Positions 51,221-60,061 of a stretch of DNA of 64,000 bases are shown one piece after another. Source of the stretch: a virus; IMG/VR virus record IMGVR_UViG_3300009509_000017, positions 6,269 to 70,268 of that record; one strand, written 5' to 3'. Both the position numbers and the translations under genes were made by a program. How positions within the stretch are numbered: the first letter of the stretch is position 1; each line of letters starts with the position of its first letter. The notes beneath the pieces were generated by a model, which saw only the letters and a program-made list of their open reading frames with translations, was not told the origin of the DNA and made no database searches.

Positions 51221-52434
51221 GCTGGCACCCCCAGTTCTAGCGCACCCTCTAGCTGCAGGATGGCTTGCTCTGTCATGTCCGATCCACTCGTCGCCGGCCT
51301 TTTCTTGCCTGGCCTACTGGCGTAGTACAGATCGATCCGTGCCTCATCCGGCAACACATCTGATACAGCCATGTCCGCCTGCATCTTTCGCAGGTCGCCT
51401 GCGATGACACGTAGTGTGTTGCTGGTCGAGATAGGTGACACGATGTCAAAGGTCCAGTCCTGGTTCAGTGTCCGCCTGTAATGCAGTAGCTGGAGACCCC
51501 ATCTGGCATTCCGCACAACAGCTTGCCTTGCCGGAGTCTGGCCAGCCATACGCATGTCATCTGCAAAGGCTATGAACGTCTCGACTATGCCACGTCGCCA
51601 CTGGGTGATCGTGGTCTTGACTGACGGTGTGGCGATGTCAAACAGTGTGCTAAACAGGCAGGCATACTCGTAGACGTCCACCCAGGACACCTTGAACGGG
51701 AATGTCACTCTACGGTTGGTGTTATACCACGCAGCCTGCACCAGGTCCATGTTCTGCCTGGCCTGGCCAGATCCAGGCGTGGCTATCTGTGCCTTTTCGT
51801 CATCGGTCAGATCGGCCATGTCGCCATTCAGGATCACGCTACTTTTGTGCTCGTTGCGCTCGCCAAAGACTTCATCCAGCACCTGGCCAGAAGGCGACGG
51901 CTCGCCGTCGCTTTTCTTGTGAGTATTCTCTTGTGTAGTCTGTGTAGTACTCTCTGGAATAGATTGCTGGTTTTCCGCATTCTGGTCTGCGGGTTCTGCG
52001 GGTTTAGTTTGCGGGTTTCCTGCATCCTTGTCTGCGGGTTTCCTGCAATCTGGAGTCTGGCAATCCTGCAGCCAGGCCATGAGGATCTTGGTGAGCTTGG
52101 CAAAGTGAATGCGGAAATAGAGCCTTGCTGGCACGTCCATCAGTTTCTCGCTCAGGACCCCGAGCTTGATCAGTTTGCGCCTGACTCTCTCTTGCTGCGA
52201 CCTGGTCAGTGCCGTCTCGTTGTAGATCTCTCCCTGTGTCTTGGCCACCCACCCAGGTTTCCAGGTACCTTTGTCGTGCCAGTACATAATCTGTGCCAGG
52301 AACAGGGCTGCAGGTATGTCGTTGCTCAGTGCCTTGGCCAGGGCAGGGTGGTAGGCGACCGGACGGTCACCCAGGATAGACCACACTGCCAGGGCTGCGT
52401 CACCCCACGGTGTTGTACGCTGTTCATCTGCCAT
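51217..52434 (-). CDS. phage replication initiator protein
   Basis: RPVAYHP..LFLAQIMYW..KTQGEIYNETALTR winged-helix N-terminus; IPESTTQTT linker. Confidence 0.8.
   Translation of the reverse strand: MADEQRTTPWGDAALAVWSILGDRPVAYHPALAKALSNDIPAALFLAQIMYWHDKGTWKPGWVAKTQGEIYNETALTRSQQERVRRKLIKLGVLSEKLMDVPARLYFRIHFAKLTKILMAWLQDCQTPDCRKPADKDAGNPQTKPAEPADQNAENQQSIPESTTQTTQENTHKKSDGEPSPSGQVLDEVFGERNEHKSSVILNGDMADLTDDEKAQIATPGSGQARQNMDLVQAAWYNTNRRVTFPFKVSWVDVYEYACLFSTLFDIATPSVKTTITQWRRGIVETFIAFADDMRMAGQTPARQAVVRNARWGLQLLHYRRTLNQDWTFDIVSPISTSNTLRVIAGDLRKMQADMAVSDVLPDEARIDLYYASRPGKKRPATSGSDMTEQAILQLEGALELGVPA
51985..52047. repeat. iteron-like repeats (putative origin) inside the initiator gene
   Basis: TGCGGGTT at 51988, 51997, 52010 and 52033. 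Confidence 0.55.
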
Positions 52435-52801
52435 GGCTGTAGTCTCCAGGTGACACTGCGTCCACAAAGATATCGTCTCCTGCGGCAGGTGTGCAGTCGG
52501 TGGTACCGAACCGTGGCGGCTGTCCATCTAGTGTGGCCAGCCTGTACCCCACTGGCACACCGTCACGGACGACAGGGATCAGTCTGCCCAGGTCGCCATC
52601 GATCCGGCGCCCATCTGCAAAGATGGCCACCCCGCTTGCCATCAGGTAGCCAGTGTCTTCATCTACCCATTGCCGCTCGATCTGTAGCTCAGTCACCCTT
52701 GGTAGTGTAGCGTACTCAGTGGGGACCTCTGCCTGTAGGGACTTGCCCAGTGCGTCCAGTAGCGCTTGCTTTGCTTTCTCGAACTCTTCTGCTGTTGGCA
52801 T
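52424..52801 (-). CDS. hypothetical protein
   Basis: AAGGA SD, coupled to the initiator. Confidence 0.6.
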   Translation of the reverse strand: MPTAEEFEKAKQALLDALGKSLQAEVPTEYATLPRVTELQIERQWVDEDTGYLMASGVAIFADGRRIDGDLGRLIPVVRDGVPVGYRLATLDGQPPRFGTTDCTPAAGDDIFVDAVSPGDYSHGR

Positions 52802-53008
52802 AGTCTATCCTTTCCCTAAGATAGAACAGAGGACGTGGAGTCTGACCCGATGCGTAGTGCATCTTGGGTGGATCGCCCGGCATCTATAGCACCGGGCCAG
52901 ACTGCACGTCCTCTGTAGTAGGCTACCTTGCACTTTGTGGCCAGGCGATCCGGTAGCCATTATAGCATAATGTCCGCCAGGGTGCAAGTTTGCGATCCGG
53001 CAGATCAA

Positions 53009-53049
53009 CAGGAAAAAGGGGACACGGCACCCCCCATGCCGTGTCCCCT
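53009..53049 (-). terminator. hairpin + TTTTTCCT terminator-like element
   Basis: AGGGGACACGGCA..TGCCGTGTCCCC-TTTTTCCT. Confidence 0.8.
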
Positions 53050-53052
53050 GGT

Positions 53053-53424
53053 CTATCGTAGCGCACCGACAGACCCTAGTAGTCCGATCTCACGAAAGCC
53101 AACGTCATCGACCTCAAAGCAGCAACCACCTGGTGTCACGATGACGTCACCGATAGCCATGCTGGTGTGAAACACTCCGCGCCTGGCCAGCAGTGGGCGT
53201 GCCTGCCCACGTGGTGACCACATTTCCCCTTGCATCAGGGTGTACACCATGTTGAGCAGTGAGACATGATCCTGTTCGAGTGCACTGGTCTGCTCGACGT
53301 AGCAGATGTACACATGGGTATCCTGCAGGTTATCACCAGTCAGGTTAGGATCGGACCTGAAAGTAGGGTCCCTGCGGTACCAGACCTCATAGAACCGTCT
53401 TGCTGTGGCAGTTTCCTCTTCCAT
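53053..53424 (-). CDS. YodL-like protein
   Basis: HTSMAIGDVIV...FEVDDVGFREI motif. Confidence 0.7.
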   Translation of the reverse strand: MEEETATARRFYEVWYRRDPTFRSDPNLTGDNLQDTHVYICYVEQTSALEQDHVSLLNMVYTLMQGEMWSPRGQARPLLARRGVFHTSMAIGDVIVTPGGCCFEVDDVGFREIGLLGSVGALR

Positions 53425-53561
53425 GCTTTCCCCCTTTTGTATGCGTTGGGCCAGGCCGGCCACCGCACGATGGGTGGTGGCAGTGGCCCATTATGATGTT
53501 GGCGTGCACCCACATAGACCGTGGTGCCGTGTCTACAGGAAAAACGCCAGAGACAGCAGTC

Positions 53562-53629
53562 ACGCCCGGTGGGATTCGAACCCCCAAAGTGCGGTGTGAC
53601 AGTCGCACTCCGCCACCGTGCCCGGGTAC
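53562..53629 (-). tRNA. degenerate tRNA-like element (Asp GTC-like loop)
   Basis: T-arm GGGGG-TTCGAAT-CCCAC, loop containing CTGTCAC, CCCG/CGGG acceptor-like stem; D-arm reduced, no CCA. Confidence 0.45.
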
Positions 53630-53640
53630 TGGCTCTGGCA

Positions 53641-54061
53641 ATGGAAAAACGCCACCAGGTGCACCTGGCAGCGTTTCCTTTCGGCCTGCAGCCCAGTCTG
53701 TGACCCGGCCTTTCCCACCCCGCAGGCATCGCAGGTCTTTCGTGGGCGTCAGCGTCCAGCGCTGACCTTTCCAAAGCCACAGGTTCTAGTGCACCCCTGT
53801 GCACCAGGGCATTCTATACCCATGGGTCACCCCCCCCCTTGCATGTGTGAATTAAGTGCCGGCCCGGTAGGCAGGCCAGCGCACCCGCAGCCCGGGCCGG
53901 CAACAGGTCGCGATGTCCGTGGCGACCTTACGTGTCACCCCCTCTCTCTGTGCAAGCTGTGATGGTATTGGTAGGGACGGTTGTGTCTTCTCACCACGCC
54001 ATTTGGTGCACCCGACAGCAGTCAAAGTTTGTGTTTGGTGTGTCGTCGTGCTCCGTCCCTA
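53641..54061 (-). ncRNA. large structured ncRNA candidate
   Basis: No credible ORF; multiple stems; bounded by a repeat at 54064 and a hairpin+TTTTTCC at 53641-53673. Confidence 0.5.
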
Positions 54062-54107
54062 TCATAGGAATAACGCCTGCCACAGTGGATCTGTGACAGG
54101 CATGTAC

Positions 54108-54371
54108 CTATCCACCTTGTGCGATGGCCCGGCGCTGTTCTGGAGTGAGCAGGATCGGCGTGCCATCCTCTGTGCGTGCCCAGTCCGCGATGTAGCACTC
54201 AGCCTTTGCCCGTATGCCAACCTGGCTGCGCACCAGGCGCAGGATGCCGGACTTGGTACCCTTGTCCAAGACCTCTAGCACGGTCCCTGTTTCGGTCACG
54301 ATCTTGGTGCCGGGCTTGATGTCGTGTGCAAAGATGTGGTGGCAGTGGGCCATTTTGTCGTTGTCGCTCAT
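54108..54371 (-). CDS. hypothetical protein (paralog of 61779-62039)
   Basis: IFAHDIKPGT..VLD..DW...DGT.I. Confidence 0.7.
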   Translation of the reverse strand: MSDNDKMAHCHHIFAHDIKPGTKIVTETGTVLEVLDKGTKSGILRLVRSQVGIRAKAECYIADWARTEDGTPILLTPEQRRAIAQGG

Positions 54372-54519
54372 TATATCACACCCCCTTTCAGATGAAAAAC
54401 GCCTGCCCTATAGGTGTGGTGGGACCAGGCACCCTGCCAGAGGTACCTGGTCCCATCCACTGAGAGGGTTAGCATAGGAAAAACGCCTGCCACGGTGGAT
54501 CTGTGACAGGCGTAGTATC

Positions 54520-54804
54520 CTAGTCATTGTCATGTTCGTGCCGCTCGCGGACGATATCGTAGATCAGGTGTGCCGTTTCGATATTGGCACCGTATGACTG
54601 TTCTGACAGCAGTGTGCTCTCCAGCCGGACAGCAAAGTCACGCAGTGCATTAGCTGCAGCATCGTCGCCCGCAGCGAAAGCGCTGCCAGCCTGCCTGCGC
54701 ATCTGCTGCGCCACCCCACGCTTGACCTGATCCTCTACGATCAGGCGTACAGAACTGTCGTACTCATCGAGCAGTACAGCAGTCGTTCGTTCATCTGCGT
54801 TCAT
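54520..54804 (-). CDS. hypothetical protein
   Basis: Cassette ORF. Confidence 0.65.
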   Translation of the reverse strand: MNADERTTAVLLDEYDSSVRLIVEDQVKRGVAQQMRRQAGSAFAAGDDAAANALRDFAVRLESTLLSEQSYGANIETAHLIYDIVRERHEHDND

Positions 54805-54822
54805 CGGTCAATCCTTTCTGGC

Positions 54823-55221
54823 CTAGTCGGCCATTGCCTTGCGGACAGCGGCAGGGATCTTCTCGTGCCGCAGTGCCTGGTAGACCTGATCAGTCACGGT
54901 CTTGTTGATCAATGCCTCACGTTCCATGTCCCAGGTGAACCCTGCCTGCTCTGCGAGCTTGCCCAGTTCGACAGCGAACGAGATCGCTTGCCGCCTGGTG
55001 TGCAGTGCCACCCCATAGTTTACCACGAACCCGCTGTGGTGAAAGACCGTCCAGAGTGTAGACGGTTCGTCGTCCTGGCCGAGCTTGGCCAGGCGTGCCA
55101 CGATCAGGCCAGCGGGTATCTGCCCGCCAGTGTAGCCTGACCAGGTCACAGTGTAGTACTCGTCTCCGCCAGGCGCCTGTCCCTTGCGCAGGTGCTGGTA
55201 CTCGAACTCTGTCTTGTCCAT
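54823..55221 (-). CDS. hypothetical protein
   Basis: GAGGGGGTG SD leader after a repeat. Confidence 0.7.
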   Translation of the reverse strand: MDKTEFEYQHLRKGQAPGGDEYYTVTWSGYTGGQIPAGLIVARLAKLGQDDEPSTLWTVFHHSGFVVNYGVALHTRRQAISFAVELGKLAEQAGFTWDMEREALINKTVTDQVYQALRHEKIPAAVRKAMAD

Positions 55222-55360
55222 CCTGCCACCCCCTCATTGTGATGTCTTGCAAAGGAATAACGCCCGCCACAATGGATCTGTGACAGGCTATCCCTCTCAG
55301 TGCCAGCTATGTAACCCGCAAGCGGTAAGCCTATGGCTGGCGGCTTTGCCACGACGCTGG

Positions 55361-55753
55361 TTACCCCTTGGGTGTGTAGGGGACAGGCAGCATGGGTGTG
55401 GTGAGGATGCGCATGACCACATAGTGACCGTGCGTCTCCACATCAGGCACCGAGTGCTGGCGGCAGTCGCTGTTGCACATCATGCAGTGCTCGCCATGCG
55501 TCTCAGTTCCGTGTACACCCTCTGCAGACATGCGCCACCAGATGCCACCGGCGATGCCTGACAGCGTGCCATCCTCTGCCCGGGTGATCTCAGGTTCTAT
55601 GCCCAGGTCCCTGTGATATTCCAGGGTTGTCATTGATTCCTGGTGCAGTGCGACCGCACAGTGCGTGCACAGAAACCCTGCAGCGGTAAAGCCAATCACC
55701 CGGCGCTCAGACCCTTGAGGTTTCCAGGGCAGTGACTTGAAGTCTACGCCCAT
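55361..55753 (-). CDS. Cys-motif hypothetical protein (no SD)
   Basis: ATG about 10 nt after the repeat; CTHC and CMMC. Confidence 0.55.
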   Translation of the reverse strand: MGVDFKSLPWKPQGSERRVIGFTAAGFLCTHCAVALHQESMTTLEYHRDLGIEPEITRAEDGTLSGIAGGIWWRMSAEGVHGTETHGEHCMMCNSDCRQHSVPDVETHGHYVVMRILTTPMLPVPYTPKG

Positions 55754-55778
55754 GGTTTGCTCATAGGAATAACGCCTG

Positions 55779-55970
55779 TCACAGTGGATCTGTGACAGGC
55801 GTCTCATCCAGCAGTGCAAGCTCGTGTGTATCGTAGGCCCACACTACCCAGTCCGGCAGGCGTGCAGTCAGCATGGCCAGCAGGCGCAGCGCCCGCTGCT
55901 TACAGTCCGTGTCGAACACGACCACGTAGTCATTCAGTGGATTGTTGCGTGCCCGTATCTCGTAGCGCAT
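55779..55970 (-). CDS. hypothetical protein whose stop lies inside a repeat
   Basis: Reads ETPVTDPL-TGA through the repeat copy at 55763. Confidence 0.55.
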   Translation of the reverse strand: MRYEIRARNNPLNDYVVVFDTDCKQRALRLLAMLTARLPDWVVWAYDTHELALLDETPVTDPL

Positions 55971-55973
55971 GGC

Positions 55974-56483
55974 TCAGTCCACCACGTCTATAGGCCCATG
56001 CTCTAGCAGGTCGGCCAGAGGATAGTCAGGTGCCAGGCCGCGAGCCTGCCGTGCCTGGTCGTGCTGCACTTGCTCGTTCTCGACCTCAAACCAGATACCA
56101 CAGGCGTGGCATTCCCCCATCACGGTCTCACACTCAGTGACCGTGATGGTATCAGTGCTGCCGCAGTCAGGACAGATGGTCAGCCAGCCCAGTTTGTACT
56201 GGCGCAGGACCTCAGTAGCCACCCACTTGGCAGCAGTGACCCAGGTGCGGGTGCCGCAGGTCGTCTCGACCAGAGCCTTGGGCTTGCCCACAGCGTTGCG
56301 ATCCAGCATCGCACGTGCCGTGTCACTGGCAGGTCTGTCGCCGCCAGAAAAGCACAGGGCGCCCGGCAGGTCGTTGCCGACAGCCAGGACCTTGATCAGG
56401 CGACCATCCTGCACGTCTCGATAAGGGTGATCGTTGCACCCATGGTAGGTCTTGCCTACCAGCCAGTTGTAGTTATTGGCCAT
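55974..56483 (-). CDS. Zn-ribbon protein
   Basis: CPDC...CHAC. Confidence 0.7.
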   Translation of the reverse strand: MANNYNWLVGKTYHGCNDHPYRDVQDGRLIKVLAVGNDLPGALCFSGGDRPASDTARAMLDRNAVGKPKALVETTCGTRTWVTAAKWVATEVLRQYKLGWLTICPDCGSTDTITVTECETVMGECHACGIWFEVENEQVQHDQARQARGLAPDYPLADLLEHGPIDVVD

Positions 56484-56559
56484 GTTACACCCCCTTACAG
56501 TGATGTGTGTTGCATAGGAATAACGCCTGCCACAGTGGATCTGTGACAGGCGTGTTATC

Positions 56560-56832
56560 CTAGTTCACGAGCGCCTTGGCATCCTCTACCAGGTAGGGCA
56601 GGGCATCGGCCAGGCCGCTGCAGTCCCCCATGATTGCCAAGTTGTCATAGAACATGAGCGCTGCAGTAGGCTCATCCTCAGTAAAGGTCACGCTGCCGAT
56701 CTCTATCTCGACACCGTCACCTGCACTGGAGTCATACATCTGCAGGTGCTCGCCCAGTTCCACACGTTCATCCTCATCATCGACCACTACCAGTTCAAAG
56801 GCGACCCAGGCTTTCAGTTTCAGTCTAGCCAT
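56560..56832 (-). CDS. small acidic protein
   Basis: Standard cassette leader/SD; D/E-rich. Confidence 0.7.
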   Translation of the reverse strand: MARLKLKAWVAFELVVVDDEDERVELGEHLQMYDSSAGDGVEIEIGSVTFTEDEPTAALMFYDNLAIMGDCSGLADALPYLVEDAKALVN

Positions 56833-56909
56833 CTTGCACCCCCTCATGTGATGTGTCTTGCACAGGAATAACGGCTGGCAGCGTGTATCACTGCCAGCCG
56901 TGTCATGAA

Positions 56910-57095
56910 CTACTCGAACACATACAGGACCTCAAGCCCTACTCGTTCCGCCTTGCGCTTTGCGTCCTGCTTGCTGGTCGCCTGGATCTCTACGGCAGTG
57001 ACCCCATTTGCGTAGTAGGCATGCCAGCCCACGATCTCTGCGGTGGACACCATGCCACCCTTGACATTCACTGTGTACACAGTTTCGCCTTTCAT
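56910..57095 (-). CDS. hypothetical protein
   Basis: ATGA-coupled. Confidence 0.6.
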   Translation of the reverse strand: MKGETVYTVNVKGGMVSTAEIVGWHAYYANGVTAVEIQATSKQDAKRKAERVGLEVLYVFE

Positions 57096-57307
57096 GCTCT
57101 CACCTTTCTCGTGTGGCCAGTGGGGATGACCTTGGTGTTGACACCCACGTATGCTGTCTCACGTCCCCTTGATCCCACCTTGATCGCATTGTAGTACTGC
57201 CCAGGTGCCTTGTAGTAGGTACCGGGCAGCCAGCCGCTAGAATTGCCACCACTGCGCCAGGGCACGATCTTGAACTCTGCGCCCATGGCTAGCTCTCCGA
57301 ACGTCAT
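57092..57307 (-). CDS. hypothetical protein
   Basis: Cassette leader/SD. Confidence 0.65.
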   Translation of the reverse strand: MTFGELAMGAEFKIVPWRSGGNSSGWLPGTYYKAPGQYYNAIKVGSRGRETAYVGVNTKVIPTGHTRKVRA

Positions 57308-57382
57308 AGTGCACCCCCTCATGTGATGTGTCTTGCACAGGAATAACGGCTGGCAGCGTGTATCACTGCCAGCCGTCCTGTA

Positions 57383-57697
57383 TCACAGTCTGTCCAGGTA
57401 GCGTTCTGTACCCCACTCTGTGCGGGTAGCCCGGGCGGCGTACCTGACTGTTATCGACCCTTTGATGTTGAAGTAGACATTCTGTCCGATGTCAGCCCGT
57501 AGTGAGTGTCTTTTCTTGTCCCAGTAGATAACCTTGCGTTGTATTCTGGTTCGCAGGCCAGGTGTGCATGCCGGGCAGTTGGCTATATGGTAGCCATTGA
57601 ACCCATCCCCCAGGTCTTTACGCCACCCGCAGGCACATTCTACATATCCACCCTTATAGTTGAGATCGACTGTCTTGACCAGTTCTGCGGTGTCCAT
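57383..57697 (-). CDS. Zn-ribbon hypothetical protein
   Basis: CACG...CPAC; cassette leader. Confidence 0.7.
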   Translation of the reverse strand: MDTAELVKTVDLNYKGGYVECACGWRKDLGDGFNGYHIANCPACTPGLRTRIQRKVIYWDKKRHSLRADIGQNVYFNIKGSITVRYAARATRTEWGTERYLDRL

Positions 57698-57770
57698 CTT
57701 GCACCCCCTCAGTGATGTGTCTTGCATAGGAATAACGGCTGGCAGCGTGTATCACTGCCAGCCGTATGTG

Positions 57771-57971
57771 TCACAGCGTGTGTACCGTGCCATTGAACTC
57801 TTGCACGCACTCGCCACCCTCTCGCCAGGCGAGCAGGGCAGAGATCCTGCCAGGCCGATCCAGTTGCTCACGGATCTTGTCTCGTGCCTCATCCACGTCA
57901 TAGGCACCCACCGTGCAGATGGGCATGTAGCCACCGTGCAGGCTAGGTCGTACAGCCTTAAATGTCAGCAT
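57771..57971 (-). CDS. hypothetical protein
   Basis: Cassette leader/SD. Confidence 0.65.
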   Translation of the reverse strand: MLTFKAVRPSLHGGYMPICTVGAYDVDEARDKIREQLDRPGRISALLAWREGGECVQEFNGTVHTL

Positions 57972-58044
57972 CTTGCACCCCCTCAGTGTGATGTCTTGCA
58001 TAGGAATAACGCCTGCCACAGTGGATCTGTGACAGGCGTCATGG

Positions 58045-58749
58045 TTACTTGTCAGAGACGATGGCCAGGTCAGCCAGCGTCAGCGTCTCATCACCCCAGT
58101 AGAACCGATAAGGCGACGGTGTGTACTGGCTACCAGATGCGTAGCGCCACGACCCCGGGCCAGGCGTCAGGTCCAGGGATGCACTGGTGCGCTCGACAGG
58201 TCGCTTGTCCCCCCAGGTGTGGGGACCCCTGCGTATCACGGAGTAGTGCACCCATGCAGGCGCATAGCCACGGTGTGAGAACTCAGGGACCTCATCACGG
58301 TACACCTTGACGGTGACCCCGATCAGGACATCGTCAGCCAGTTGCGTGTACCAACGGAACTCCAGGCGGACCTGGTACCCGGTGGTCTGCTCGACCCGGC
58401 AGTAGAAAGGCGCCACCTGGGCAGGGTCTCCGCCATAGCGCTTGACAAAGGCGTCAGCGGCAGTTGCCGGCAGTATCGACCGGCACGATCCCTTGATGTG
58501 CACGAGCGGCACAGGCGTGTAGACCTCTGCGATCTCTTGCACTCCAGCCAGGTCCACAACACCGAACGAAATGCTGCCAGTGGTGCCATAGATCTGTGAC
58601 GTGTGGATGAACTCGACCTTGTCTGCGTGCGCATCAGGCATGGCGTCCATGATGCGTGACTTGCGGTCGATCTCTGCCAGCTTGGCCTGGTACTCTTTCT
58701 CTGCCTTGGCCAGCATGGCCGCTTTCAGTTCCTCTGCTGTCTGTGCCAT
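58045..58749 (-). CDS. hypothetical protein
   Basis: GAGGGGGTGCAAC SD; 234 aa. Confidence 0.75.
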   Translation of the reverse strand: MAQTAEELKAAMLAKAEKEYQAKLAEIDRKSRIMDAMPDAHADKVEFIHTSQIYGTTGSISFGVVDLAGVQEIAEVYTPVPLVHIKGSCRSILPATAADAFVKRYGGDPAQVAPFYCRVEQTTGYQVRLEFRWYTQLADDVLIGVTVKVYRDEVPEFSHRGYAPAWVHYSVIRRGPHTWGDKRPVERTSASLDLTPGPGSWRYASGSQYTPSPYRFYWGDETLTLADLAIVSDK

Positions 58750-59069
58750 AGTTGCACCCCCTCTTTGTGATTTGTGTACAAAGGTTAGACGGTCTGTAGA
58801 CATGTGCGCCCGATGCGCTGCCGTCTCGTGTCATAGGAATAACGCCTGCCACAGTGGATCTGTGACAGGCGTGGCACAGGTGACCAAAGGCGTCAGGTGT
58901 GGCACTGGTGCCCAGGTGCTGTACCAGGTGTAAGAGCAGCACCCGGCGCCAGGGGTAGCACTGACGCCCGCGACTATGTGTTAGCTAGATCATGTTGCAC
59001 CCCCTCAGCGTGGTGTGTCTTGCATAGGAATAACGCCTGCCACAGTGGATCTGTGACAGGCGTCAGGTC

Positions 59070-59543
59070 CTAGTCGTCGTCAAACATTTCCTGCCAGCCA
59101 TCCAGGCTGCCAGCGATGCGGGCGATGGTGCGCCTGCGTGTGCACTCAGGGCAGTACATGTCGCCATCCTCATCGTCAGGATCTTGGATCAGGTCATCCT
59201 CATGGCAGGCCAGGTCGCAGCCCGGGCAGTCTTCATACTCGCTCAGTTCGTCGTACAGCCAGTTGGTGACCTGGTCGTACAGTTCGTCGTGGTATAGCTT
59301 GCTTGCCACGTCTGCCAGGGTCACTTGCGTGGTGTCCAGGTTGGCGCTACCGATGTAGCGCTGTGCCAAGTTGGGATTGTCCGCCATAGCCGTCATCAGG
59401 TCGCCGGTCATGACAGGCACCGAGCTTCTAACTTGCTGCTCGATCCACTCTGACCAGTCAGCGTCTACGCTGTCGGTGCGGATCTGTTCCACGAGAGCGC
59501 TTGTCAGGCGCTCAAAGTCCTCTCTCAGTTCACCGTTCATCAT
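59070..59543 (-). CDS. ocr: Ocr-like (T7 gp0.3) DNA-mimic anti-restriction protein with C-terminal Zn ribbon
   Basis: LVEQIRTD..D..E.I.....VPVMTGDLMTAMA aligns by eye with Ocr LKENIRYD..DDLHDAI....VPHYYADIFSVMA; very acidic. Confidence 0.6.
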   Translation of the reverse strand: MMNGELREDFERLTSALVEQIRTDSVDADWSEWIEQQVRSSVPVMTGDLMTAMADNPNLAQRYIGSANLDTTQVTLADVASKLYHDELYDQVTNWLYDELSEYEDCPGCDLACHEDDLIQDPDDEDGDMYCPECTRRRTIARIAGSLDGWQEMFDDD

Positions 59544-59701
59544 GCACCCCCTCAGTGTGATGTGTGTAGCAAAGGAAAAATGCCTGCAGGTTGTGCACAC
59601 CTGCAGGCTACCAGTCTGGCGTCATGGCGTCCCATGGATACGCGACCTGGCTTGCATAGGAATAACGCCTGCCACAGTGGATCTGTGACAGGCGTCATGG
59701 G

Positions 59702-60061
59702 CTATTCTAATGCAGCGTTGTAGCACTCCAGGCACCAGACAGGCTCGCCTGACCAGTGGATATCGACAGGCACAGACGCACCGCATGACTCGCAGTCTTG
59801 GAAAGTCTCACCGGGCGCTGCGCCGTCGCCAAAGTATGCCTCATTCTCCGCCCGCTCGATTGCAGCCTGATCGCAGAACTCGCCAGTGTTGACATAGTCA
59901 TCGCACCAGGGGCAGTAGTGGCTGTCCCCCTCTATGTGTACCTCTGTGCCGCACTTGGGGCAGATACAGCCACAGTGTGGCGCCGCAGAATAGCCAGACC
60001 ATGTGGCATCGTAGGTCGCATCGCCCGGGCGGGCAGATGTTTTGTGCTTTCCCATAGCCAT
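59702..60061 (-). CDS. double Zn-ribbon acidic protein
   Basis: CPKC, CPWC, CESC, CLEC. Confidence 0.7.
   Translation of the reverse strand: MAMGKHKTSARPGDATYDATWSGYSAAPHCGCICPKCGTEVHIEGDSHYCPWCDDYVNTGEFCDQAAIERAENEAYFGDGAAPGETFQDCESCGASVPVDIHWSGEPVWCLECYNAALE

Larger units (their letters stand above)
43921..57764 (-). repeat. type B variant CGGCTGGCAGTGATACA(C/T)(G/A)CTGCCAGCCGTTATTCCT
   Basis: Copies at 43921, 56862, 57337, 57726; same length as type A with compensatory stem changes. Confidence 0.95.

Noticed and set aside
53674-53725. RNase P RNA (GGGAAAGGCCGGG resemblance)
   Set aside because: The motif falls near the 3' end of the unit and the other universal RNase P elements are not evident.
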